A stretch of 64,000 nt of DNA from a virus: the IMG/VR virus record IMGVR_UViG_3300008952_001422, positions 32,001-96,000 of that record; one strand, 5' to 3'. This document shows positions 29,423 to 38,610 of this stretch, piece by piece (the first letter of the stretch is position 1; every line of letters begins with the position of its first letter). Both the position numbers and the translations under genes were made by a program. A model generated the notes under the pieces. It did no database searches. It was not told the origin of the DNA and was given only the letters and a program-made list of their open reading frames with translations.

Positions 29423-30673
29423 GTGTATAACAAAGACACAATGTGTTATAAAACTTGGAATGATATTATCATATCATTACCAAAGAAAACAGTTAGTTGG
29501 TGTTGTAAGACAAACTTAACTGCTCAACAAACAAAAGAAACCACATTTAATTTAGATATCTTAAACACACAAGGTATAGATTTTCTTTTCAATCATCCAA
29601 TTCTTCAAAAGAGAAAAAACAACTTAGCAACTGGTGTAAGATGTCCAGATTGCCATGTATGTTGGGAATCAGAAGATAGGTCTGGACAAAGTCATAGAAC
29701 ATTATATACTAAAACTTACGAATCTAAGGAGTCCTTTACTGGTGAATTTGATTATGATACTCCTGCTACCTTTATTGAACTTGAATTAACAAACAAGTGT
29801 AATCTAGCATGTGTATATTGTGGACCACAACTTAGTTCAAGATGGCAAAAAGAATTAAAACAACGACATCCTGATACTGAAGATGAGATATTTCATAAAG
29901 TAATGGAGTTATTTACAGAATATTGTAATACTAAACTCACAAATGAACCATATATCAATATCAGTCTATTAGGTGGCGAGCCTTTCTTTACTGACCACAT
30001 GTACATATTCTTAGAATATCTTTCAAAATTCCATGTAAAATCAGAACAAGAAGTAACAGTTACAATCACAACTGGTATGGCTTTTCCTGAAAAGAAATTT
30101 ACGAAATTTATTGAGTTGATTGAACGTACTCCTAACATAATATACATTATGCAGTTATCTGGAGAAGCAATTGACGAGAGAGCAGAACTAATTCGGTGGG
30201 GGATGGACTTTAAGACGTGGAACAATAACTTAGATATGTTCTTAACAGAGTCAGCAAGACTGAAGAATCTAGTTATAGGATTTGGTTGCGCCCATAATGC
30301 CTTATCTCTGCCGTATTTCAAAGACTTTCTTGTATACATTAATAAAAAACTGGCAAAACACGAATACAAATCTCTTGTATGGTTTCTAATCAACTATATA
30401 GAAGAGCCACAACACTTATCCATATCAATGCTAAATAGTCACCATGCTGATGCTGTAACAGAGCAGATAGAGTACATGGAGAACGAAATGACTAATCTTT
30501 ATAAGAAAGATGAGTATACTACTATGCTAAAGTCACTTAGAAATCAAATTTTGAATGCGAATATCACTCCAGAGATGAAGCAGAATGCTTCAAAAGAGTT
30601 TGAAATGTTAGAGAATAGAAGAGGAATCTCCTACAAGTCTGAATTTCCTCATTTTGATGAGATAATTAAATAA
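29423..30673 (+). CDS. radical SAM protein
   Basis: CNLACVYC (CxxxCxxC), GGEPF, extra N-terminal cysteines; start at 29423 (GTG) or 29441 (ATG). Confidence 0.85.
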   Translation: MYNKDTMCYKTWNDIIISLPKKTVSWCCKTNLTAQQTKETTFNLDILNTQGIDFLFNHPILQKRKNNLATGVRCPDCHVCWESEDRSGQSHRTLYTKTYESKESFTGEFDYDTPATFIELELTNKCNLACVYCGPQLSSRWQKELKQRHPDTEDEIFHKVMELFTEYCNTKLTNEPYINISLLGGEPFFTDHMYIFLEYLSKFHVKSEQEVTVTITTGMAFPEKKFTKFIELIERTPNIIYIMQLSGEAIDERAELIRWGMDFKTWNNNLDMFLTESARLKNLVIGFGCAHNALSLPYFKDFLVYINKKLAKHEYKSLVWFLINYIEEPQHLSISMLNSHHADAVTEQIEYMENEMTNLYKKDEYTTMLKSLRNQILNANITPEMKQNASKEFEMLENRRGISYKSEFPHFDEIIK

Positions 30674-30689
30674 GAATATTTTATTTTTT

Positions 30690-30697
30690 GATAAATA
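30690..30697 (+). promoter_or_regulatory. late promoter variant GATAAATA
   Basis: 5 nt upstream of ATG 30703. Confidence 0.55.
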
Positions 30698-30702
30698 CTA
30701 TT

Positions 30703-30909
30703 ATGAAAATATATGAGATTTTAGGTGAAATGACAAGTGCTGGTGGTATTGCAAGTGTTTCTACTACATTAGGTGGTGGTGACCCAAAGCAGAGCATATA
30801 CGCATCTAAAAAATCAAAGAAGAAAAAGAAATTAAAGATGGGATATAGTGCAGATGTTGGCAATTTATCATATAATACTCCCGTTAAATCACCAATGATT
30901 AGAAGGTAG
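30703..30909 (+). CDS. small basic late protein with MKIYEILGE leader
   Basis: ATG 30703 preferred over TTG 30688; Lys-rich body. Confidence 0.6.
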   Translation: MKIYEILGEMTSAGGIASVSTTLGGGDPKQSIYASKKSKKKKKLKMGYSADVGNLSYNTPVKSPMIRR

Positions 30910-30916
30910 AAGGCTT

Positions 30917-33900
30917 ATGAAACTGACACAACTTATAGAAACCAAAGAACGTCTTTACGTTTGCGTTCATGCTAAAACTCCAAAGCATGAAGTTTACGCA
31001 AAATCATCTTATGATGCGGCAAAACAAGCGGCTGAGTATTGGGGTATGAAATCTACAGCAGGCATTGATGCACATTTGGCAGAAGACAATCAGCCTGAAC
31101 CACGTAAGATGCAAGTAACACAAGCAGACAAAGATAATAATACTGAAGCCTGGAAACGTTTTAGAGCAGGTGACCCAAGATATGAATGGAAAGATATGAT
31201 ACTTTCCAAAAAAGAAGGTGATGTATCAGAAGCAGTTGGCGAATTTGCACAACCAATTTATGATTTAATTGATGACTTGGGTGGTGATAATGATGCACAT
31301 GAAATCGTATTAAACGATATGGTTCGTTACTTAGGTGGTGATACTATTCAAGATTTTGTTAAAGACTTTAGAAGTAACCATGATATGAATCATCCAGGTG
31401 AAGATGGCGATTACGGTGAAGATGATAAAAACTTTGAATCAGTAAAAGAAGCAACACATGGTGAAGCCAAACCAATTTATGATTTAGTTGGTTCATTAGG
31501 TGCAGGTGATATTGAATTAGCACAGAATCCTGTATTTCAAGATTTAGTTCGTTTTTTAGATGCTGATACTATTAATAAGTTTGTAACAGACTTCCGTAGA
31601 AAGATGGCTAAAGATAAAGATTTCAAAGGTTCAGTTGATTTTGGTCAATATAAAGAATCATTTAATGATGAAGAATATAATGATGAAGAAAGGGCTGGAA
31701 TGGAATATACTGTATGGGTTGGTGGTACTGAAGTTAATGACAAGTGGCTAAATTACGAAGAAGCCAAAGAGTTATATGACTTATGGAGAGCCAAAGGTTA
31801 CGATGACGTTCAACTAGATGCTCGTTTAAAAGAAGGTTCATTTTGGGGCAGAGATGATATGGTTGCTCAAATGAAAAGAGATGAACTAGCGGCAGGAATG
31901 AGAAAGTACACAAAAGATGTTGACGGCGTCCATAGCGGTTCGACTACTTCTGACCCAGAAGAATGGAAAAGATTAGAAGCAGATGGTTACGAATGGGATA
32001 AAGATTATTATAAAGATATAGAAGAATTAGAAGCAAGATGGAAAAAGAAACACGTCAAAGGAGAATCACGTACAGATGAATGGGCATTTGTGGCTCCATT
32101 AGCCGGAGTTGCCGGAACCGCGGCAAGAGTAGTTGGAAGCGGTCTCGGAAGAGCGGCAATGCGAGGAGCGGTAGGTGGAATGGTTGGTAAAGCCGTAAAA
32201 AAGGCAGCCAGTCTAGGCAGTGATAATGCAACAAAAAGCGTTAGATATGGAACAACAAGCACTTTACCGACAAGTAGTAGCATTGAAAAATTTAATGACC
32301 TTAATGCATCTAAGAAACCAAAAAAGAATGCCAAAAAATTAAACGCAGTTAAAGAAAAACAAGAAAAGACAGATGATTTATTAAAAGGATTTGACCCTAA
32401 AACTGCAAGAGCATTAATGATGTTGAAAACAAAATATCCTCAAGCAGATAATGTTCTTTCGGCTCTATTAGCAGATGTTGAAAATAATGAAAAAGATAGT
32501 GATGTTGCCGATTTGACACAAGGTCATAATATTGAGAAATTAAAAAAAGCAGTTGATATCTTACAAAAAGAAATCAATCTTTTGAAAGTGGATAAAAAAA
32601 GAAATGCAGTTAAAGAAAAAGCAAAGCCAGACTTTTTAGACCTTGACAAAGATGGCAACAAGAAAGAACCAATGAAAAAAGCAGTTAAAGATAAGAAAAA
32701 AGTAAGTGAAGACTTAGATGCTGTTTCCAAAAAAATCATAAAAAAACTAAGACAGAAAGCAAAAGATGATTATGATAAAGGCCGCCCGATAGCAAAAAGA
32801 AAGTCTGATAAAGAAATCATAAAAAAACTGAGACAGGACGCAGATGATGATATCAAAGCCAGGGACAAACGTAATAGAAAAAGACATCCCGAATGGTTTG
32901 AAGCATATAATCCTGAAACAGGAAGAGACCCTAATAAGCCTACACCAGAATGGGACAATCTTATTGCAAAAGCAAAGAAAAAGCAAGGTATCAGTGACGA
33001 AGAAGAAGTATGGTTTAATTATGAAGACATTGGTGGAAACATAATTGTTAATCCTAAGTCAACTATAGAAGACCAGATTGGTGAACTGTTAAACAGATAT
33101 TATGACATTAGTCCAATGGAATTTGACCCTAGTAAAATAGAAATTACAACTCCAGACCAAACAAATCAAGATGCAAATTTTGCCAAAACTCAAAATGCAA
33201 GAAATACACCAGTTCAAGAGGATAAATATTCTGACCTGAATCCTACTAATAAGTTTGGTTACTTTGGTGGACCAGGATTCTATAGTAATGATGGCAGTAC
33301 TTATACTGAACCACATTATGATGATTTTGATATCAGACAACACAACAGAGATAATCCTGAAGATAAAATCAAACTTAATAATTGGGCTGATTTTAATCTA
33401 AAAATGAGTTATCATAAAAAGGATGGTAAAAGAGTTCAAGGATTTGGTGGAATGGGATATAATGTTTCATTTCACGGCAATCCAAAAGATGTAGAAGCCT
33501 TTGCTATGCAACATTTAGATGCAGAACGTTACTCAGGTGATAATATTCCTGAATCAGAATCTTTACCGCAACAGGTATCACTTGCAAGTTCGTTGATAGC
33601 ATCAAGACAAGCAAAAAGAAATGAAGTTAAAAAAGTTAGAGAAGATGAAGAAGCAGTAGCGGCTAGAGATGAATTTATGAAAGTTATGGATATGAAACCA
33701 AAAGGTGGTTTAAAAGATATTCCAAAAGCAATCGACACAATTAAGAAGATTGTAGCAGACAAACAAAATCAACAAGTAAAATTTGACGATGGCAAGATGA
33801 GAGTAGATTTATACACAGCATCAGCAGTATCAAAAGTATATGATGCAGTTAAGCCAGAAACACAAGAAAAAATTGACGATATGTTAAGAACTAAAGAAGG

Positions 33901-34780
33901 TATGCTTAAGATGTCAAACTTTGCATTTAGCAAACTTAGTGAAGGTATCAAAGCAGGCAAACGTATTGATGAGATTTTACCTTTAGCGGCTATTGGTGCA
34001 GTTGCTGGTGGGGTTGCTAGAGCAGTTGGTGGAAAACTTGCAAAAGCGGCTGTAAAACATCCAATTAAAACAGCGGCAGTTGTTAGTACTGTAAAAAATA
34101 AAGACAAGACAGTAAAACAGAAAGCAACTGACGTAGCACGAATAACATCAAGCAAATATGATTTAGATGAATTACAAGCACCTTATACTGGTCCAGATGC
34201 AGTAATAGATAAAAATGGTAAGGGGCATAAGCCTGGTAGTCCAAAAGCGAACATGATTATAAATATGAAAAAGAAGACACCAGTTGCTAAACCATTACAA
34301 AAAAAGACAGCAAACAAATCAGGTGTTAAACCAGCACAAAGTACAGTAAAACCAGCAGGAGTAGGTAGAGGTAATGCACCTGGTTCAAAAGCGACTCAAA
34401 TTCAACCTGGTGGTGGTAGTAAGGCAGGTATGGCTAATAAGGCTACTCCATCACAAATTGCACAAGCGAAAAAAGATGTAATGAAGAATAAAGTTAGAGC
34501 AGTTGGTAAGAAAGTTTACGATATGGGCAAATCTGCTATAGCAAAAAGTATGGACCGTACCGGAATGGGTAATCCTCTATCGGCATCTGAGTATTCTCCC
34601 GAAGATAAAGCGGTAGACATAATGAAAGGTGCTATGAAGAAAGTAGAAGAACTAAATACAAAACCTTCAGGTAAAATCACAGTTAAGAGAATCCCAGCGA
34701 AAGGACCGAAAGGACCGAAAGGTTATACGCCTGGTGACCATCATCCCCCTACTAAATTCAAGGCCTCAGTTAAATTTTAA
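30917..34780 (+). CDS. giant mosaic protein (putative internal head polyprotein)
   Basis: MKLTQLIE leader, a tandem duplicated module, DLDKDG EF-hand-like motif, Gly/Ala amphipathic segments, Lys-rich C-terminus. Confidence 0.7.
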   Translation: MKLTQLIETKERLYVCVHAKTPKHEVYAKSSYDAAKQAAEYWGMKSTAGIDAHLAEDNQPEPRKMQVTQADKDNNTEAWKRFRAGDPRYEWKDMILSKKEGDVSEAVGEFAQPIYDLIDDLGGDNDAHEIVLNDMVRYLGGDTIQDFVKDFRSNHDMNHPGEDGDYGEDDKNFESVKEATHGEAKPIYDLVGSLGAGDIELAQNPVFQDLVRFLDADTINKFVTDFRRKMAKDKDFKGSVDFGQYKESFNDEEYNDEERAGMEYTVWVGGTEVNDKWLNYEEAKELYDLWRAKGYDDVQLDARLKEGSFWGRDDMVAQMKRDELAAGMRKYTKDVDGVHSGSTTSDPEEWKRLEADGYEWDKDYYKDIEELEARWKKKHVKGESRTDEWAFVAPLAGVAGTAARVVGSGLGRAAMRGAVGGMVGKAVKKAASLGSDNATKSVRYGTTSTLPTSSSIEKFNDLNASKKPKKNAKKLNAVKEKQEKTDDLLKGFDPKTARALMMLKTKYPQADNVLSALLADVENNEKDSDVADLTQGHNIEKLKKAVDILQKEINLLKVDKKRNAVKEKAKPDFLDLDKDGNKKEPMKKAVKDKKKVSEDLDAVSKKIIKKLRQKAKDDYDKGRPIAKRKSDKEIIKKLRQDADDDIKARDKRNRKRHPEWFEAYNPETGRDPNKPTPEWDNLIAKAKKKQGISDEEEVWFNYEDIGGNIIVNPKSTIEDQIGELLNRYYDISPMEFDPSKIEITTPDQTNQDANFAKTQNARNTPVQEDKYSDLNPTNKFGYFGGPGFYSNDGSTYTEPHYDDFDIRQHNRDNPEDKIKLNNWADFNLKMSYHKKDGKRVQGFGGMGYNVSFHGNPKDVEAFAMQHLDAERYSGDNIPESESLPQQVSLASSLIASRQAKRNEVKKVREDEEAVAARDEFMKVMDMKPKGGLKDIPKAIDTIKKIVADKQNQQVKFDDGKMRVDLYTASAVSKVYDAVKPETQEKIDDMLRTKEGMLKMSNFAFSKLSEGIKAGKRIDEILPLAAIGAVAGGVARAVGGKLAKAAVKHPIKTAAVVSTVKNKDKTVKQKATDVARITSSKYDLDELQAPYTGPDAVIDKNGKGHKPGSPKANMIINMKKKTPVAKPLQKKTANKSGVKPAQSTVKPAGVGRGNAPGSKATQIQPGGGSKAGMANKATPSQIAQAKKDVMKNKVRAVGKKVYDMGKSAIAKSMDRTGMGNPLSASEYSPEDKAVDIMKGAMKKVEELNTKPSGKITVKRIPAKGPKGPKGYTPGDHHPPTKFKASVKF

Positions 34781-34792
34781 ACAAATAACCTA

Positions 34793-34848
34793 TTGACTTT
34801 TGAAGTCACCTATGTTAATATATAAAGAGTGAGAAATCACTCTTTTTT
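34793..34848 (+). promoter_or_regulatory. sigma70-type promoter overlapping a terminator hairpin
   Basis: TTGACT-N17-TAATAT, then aaagagtga-gaaa-tcactcttt plus T run (34824-34848). Confidence 0.6.
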
Positions 34849-34873
34849 ATTGTCCAACTTATAGGAGATTTAT

Positions 34874-35134
34874 ATGTCAATTGACGCAATTAATGAAGAA
34901 GAAAAAGCAAAACTCATTCAATTAGTAAATGAAGGTTGTCTAGTTCTACAAGAAGTTGAAGACCTCAAAGGTGGATTACGTGATACAGTAAGAGCAATTG
35001 CTGAAGAAATCGATGTAAAACCAGCAGTTTTAAACAAGGCAATCTCGGTTGCACATAAGGCCAAACTATCTGAGATACGTGCTGACTTTGAAGATATGGA
35101 AACAATTCTGGAAACTGTAGGGCGTACTCTTTGA
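34874..35134 (+). CDS. small helical protein, T4 DsbA-like dsDNA-binding protein
   Basis: Helical 86 aa; ..LRDTVRAIAEEIDVKPAVLNKAI..AHK pattern; upstream of the polymerase. Confidence 0.5.
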   Translation: MSIDAINEEEKAKLIQLVNEGCLVLQEVEDLKGGLRDTVRAIAEEIDVKPAVLNKAISVAHKAKLSEIRADFEDMETILETVGRTL

Positions 35135-37938
35135 GTTATGTAGATGCATTCTACAACAAAGATAAGGACATTGTTCAAGTTGTAGAACGAATAAAAGGCA
35201 AAAGAGTTTATAATGATTATCCAGCGTGGCGCACTTTCTATGTGAAAGACCCACGCGGTGACCATATAAGTATTCATGGTGACAAAGTACGACAAATCAA
35301 ATGTAAACGTCTTAAAGACTTACACAAAGAACGAAAAATAAATACTGGTAAAACATTTTACGAAAGTGATATTAAACCAGAAGTTCGTTGTTTGAGTGAG
35401 AATTATAATGGAATTGATTCACCTACTCTAAATACTGCCTTTTTCGATATTGAAACAGACTTCGATGCAAGTCGAGGGTTTGCTGACCCTAGTGACCCAT
35501 TCATGCCAATCACGGCAATCACAGTTCATCTTCAATGGTTAGACTTACTTGTAACACTTGTTATCCCACCCAAGTCAATGAGAAGTGGTGAAGGTCTTAA
35601 AGAGGCAGAAAGAATTTGTGAGCAATTTGAGAATACTCAATTATATCTAAGTGAAGTAGATATGCTTAATGACTTTTTAGATGTCATTGAAGATGCTGAT
35701 GTGTTGGCTGGTTGGAACTCTGAAGGTTATGATATTCCATACATTGTGAATAGAATAACTGAAGTACTAAGTAAATCACATACACGCAAGTTGTGTCTAT
35801 GGGAATTAGAACCTCAGAAACGTAGAATAGTAAAATATGGTAAAGAACAAGAAACATTTGACTTGTTCGGAAGAATTCACTTAGACTACCTAGAATTATA
35901 TCGTAAGTACACATATCACGAAATGCACTCATACGCACTTGATACAATTGGTGAACACGAAGTAGGTGAACAAAAAGTTGCATATGACGGCACACTAGAC
36001 CAGTTATACAACAATGACTTCTATAAGTTTGTTGAATATAACAGACAAGACGTTGCACTACTTGATAAGATTGATAAGAAACTAAGATTTATCGAACTGG
36101 CAAACGAGATTGCACACGATAATACAGTAAACATCAAAACAACAATGGGTGCAGTTGCAGTTACAGAACAAGCAATCATCAACGAAGCACATAGACGTGG
36201 TATGGTTGTTCCAGATAGAAAGAAAAAAGTTTGGTCAGATGATGATGTAGAATTATCAGATGAAGAATTACACGAAGTAGAAATGCAAAAGGCCGCTGGT
36301 GCTTTTGTGGCAGTTCCCAAAGCAGGATTACAGAGATGGGTAGCAGGTATTGATATCAACTCTCTTTATCCATCAGTTATTCGTGCGATGAATATGTCAC
36401 CAGAAACAATTGCAGGACAACTAAGACCTGACTTGACTGAAAAGATGATTGGTGATAGAATATCAGAGGGTAGAAAAACAGGTGCTAAAACATTTGGTTC
36501 ATCTCAAGCATGGGATGAAACATTTAGTACAGAAGAATTCCGTTTAGTTAATGAGAGGGACAAAGCAAGTAATATTACATTAGTACTTGAAGATGCACCA
36601 TGGGAAGAAAACAAAACAACTCAAGCACTATCAGGTCAAGAGGCATATGATTTAATATACAATAGCGAATTGAACTGGACTCTTACTGCTAATGGTACTA
36701 TATTTAAACAAGATGTTCAAGGTATCATTCCTAGTTTGTTAGAACGTTGGTATGCTGAACGACAAGTAATGCAAGAGAACAAGAAACTTGCCATTAAAGA
36801 TGGTGATGCTGAAGAAATAGCATTTTGGGATAAACGACAACTTGTTAAGAAGATTAACTTAAACTCATTATATGGTGCGATTTTGAATCAAGGATGTCGT
36901 TTCTATGATAAACGTATTGGTCAGAGTACAACTCTAACAGGTCGTTGTATAACAAGACACATGGGTGCAAAGTGTAATGAAGTAATCGTTGGCGAATATG
37001 ATTATAAGGGTCCAGCAGTTATATATGGTGACACAGACTCTATCTATTATTCAATGTATCCTGTTTACAAACAAGAGATTGATGACGGTAGTATTGAATG
37101 GGATAAAGAAAAAGTATTAATGTTATATGATGAAGTTGCCAATCAAGTCAACGCAAGTTTTCCAGATTTTATGAAAACGTTCTTTAATGTTCCTAGAAAA
37201 GAAGGTGAGATTATTGTTGCTGGCCGTGAGAATTGTTCGATTACAGGTATTTTTATTAAAAAGAAACGATACGCATTGCTTATGTATGATGACGATGGTG
37301 TTCGCCGTGATGTAGATGGTTCACCTGGTAAAGTCAAAGTAATGGGAATTGACATAAAGAGAAGTGATACTCCACCATATATGCAAGATTTTCTAAGTGA
37401 AGTTCTACTGAAAGTGTTAACTGATGGCACACGTGAAGAAGTCATTGAGATGGTTAAAGAGTTTAAGAAAGAGTTTAGAACAAAACCAGGTTGGGAAAAA
37501 GGTTCTCAAACTCGTGTAAACAATCTAACTTCATACAAGAACAGAGTGAACGCCGCAAAGAAGGCAATGGCAAGAGATTTGAATAATGGTGGTGATAAAT
37601 CTAAAAGAGATAAAGTCCACTTACCTGGACATGTCGCCGCATCATTGAATTGGAATATGTTACGAGAACTTAATCAAGACCGATATGCAGTAGAAATTGT
37701 AGATGGTATGAAGACGATTGTTTGTAAACTAAAGCCAAACACGTTCAAGTTGAAAAGTGTTGCATATCCTGTAGATGCGACTAAAATACCAGAATGGTTT
37801 CAAAAACTTCCATTTGACCATGAGTTGATGGAACAAACTATTGTTGATAAGAAATTAGACAACCTAATTGGAGTATTAAATTGGGATATGAGTGATGCAA
37901 ATGCATCAGAAACTTTTGATAATCTTTTCGATTTGTAA
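35131..37938 (+). CDS. family B DNA polymerase
   Basis: Exo motifs FDIET, GWNSEGYD, YNRQD; polymerase motifs DINSLYPS, K...NSLYG, YGDTDS, KKRY; TTG start. Confidence 0.95.
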   Translation: MSYVDAFYNKDKDIVQVVERIKGKRVYNDYPAWRTFYVKDPRGDHISIHGDKVRQIKCKRLKDLHKERKINTGKTFYESDIKPEVRCLSENYNGIDSPTLNTAFFDIETDFDASRGFADPSDPFMPITAITVHLQWLDLLVTLVIPPKSMRSGEGLKEAERICEQFENTQLYLSEVDMLNDFLDVIEDADVLAGWNSEGYDIPYIVNRITEVLSKSHTRKLCLWELEPQKRRIVKYGKEQETFDLFGRIHLDYLELYRKYTYHEMHSYALDTIGEHEVGEQKVAYDGTLDQLYNNDFYKFVEYNRQDVALLDKIDKKLRFIELANEIAHDNTVNIKTTMGAVAVTEQAIINEAHRRGMVVPDRKKKVWSDDDVELSDEELHEVEMQKAAGAFVAVPKAGLQRWVAGIDINSLYPSVIRAMNMSPETIAGQLRPDLTEKMIGDRISEGRKTGAKTFGSSQAWDETFSTEEFRLVNERDKASNITLVLEDAPWEENKTTQALSGQEAYDLIYNSELNWTLTANGTIFKQDVQGIIPSLLERWYAERQVMQENKKLAIKDGDAEEIAFWDKRQLVKKINLNSLYGAILNQGCRFYDKRIGQSTTLTGRCITRHMGAKCNEVIVGEYDYKGPAVIYGDTDSIYYSMYPVYKQEIDDGSIEWDKEKVLMLYDEVANQVNASFPDFMKTFFNVPRKEGEIIVAGRENCSITGIFIKKKRYALLMYDDDGVRRDVDGSPGKVKVMGIDIKRSDTPPYMQDFLSEVLLKVLTDGTREEVIEMVKEFKKEFRTKPGWEKGSQTRVNNLTSYKNRVNAAKKAMARDLNNGGDKSKRDKVHLPGHVAASLNWNMLRELNQDRYAVEIVDGMKTIVCKLKPNTFKLKSVAYPVDATKIPEWFQKLPFDHELMEQTIVDKKLDNLIGVLNWDMSDANASETFDNLFDL

Positions 37939-38549
37939 TGACTAAGACTTACACAGATTTAGTAGGAAGACGAAGCAGTAATGCAATATCAGATGAATGC
38001 TATACTCCTTCTGACCAAGTTCTTCCATTATTAGAATATCTAAACAAAGACAATACTTACTATGAAGCAACTAGCGGAAAGTCTAATTTAATTGTAGACG
38101 GCTTCAATAAAAATGGATATAAGATAGTGCCAAGTAATGATAAAGATTTCTTTGACTGTGGTCCAGATGATGTATATGATGGAATAATAACTAATCCACC
38201 ATATAGTATTAAAGATAAGTTTATAGAACATTGTTATTCTCTTGGTAAACCATTTGCGTTACTATTACCAGTAACAAGTTTTCAAGGTGGAAAACGAGGT
38301 AAGATGTTTATTAAACATGGTATGTCTACACTTGTGTATAACAATCGGGTAGATTTCACAGGAACTGGTAATCCTACATTTGGAAATGCTTGGTTTATGT
38401 GGGGTATTATACCATCTAATACTATCTATTGGGTCGATAATCCAAAGAATGGTCAACTTCAATATACAACTGAAGATAAAAAGCCATGGGTACTACGAAA
38501 AAGAAAAGATAATACAGCAAAATCATTTGATAATCTATTCGATTTATAG
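37938..38549 (+). CDS. amino (N6-adenine/N4-cytosine) methyltransferase
   Basis: DECYTP, DFF and catalytic TNPPYS motifs. Confidence 0.75.
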   Translation: MTKTYTDLVGRRSSNAISDECYTPSDQVLPLLEYLNKDNTYYEATSGKSNLIVDGFNKNGYKIVPSNDKDFFDCGPDDVYDGIITNPPYSIKDKFIEHCYSLGKPFALLLPVTSFQGGKRGKMFIKHGMSTLVYNNRVDFTGTGNPTFGNAWFMWGIIPSNTIYWVDNPKNGQLQYTTEDKKPWVLRKRKDNTAKSFDNLFDL

Positions 38550-38550
38550 G

Positions 38551-38580
38551 TTGACAAGTGGTTCTAAATTATGTTATAAT
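38551..38580 (+). promoter_or_regulatory. sigma70 promoter
   Basis: TTGACA-N18-TATAAT with extended TG. Confidence 0.75.
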
Positions 38581-38610
38581 TAATTTAATAATTAAATAAA
38601 AGGAGTAAAA

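Noticed and set aside
36400-36700. Insertion in the DNA polymerase after motif A as a possible intein
   Set aside because: No N-terminal C/S block, C-terminal HN or LAGLIDADG motif; it reads as an ordinary lineage-specific insertion.
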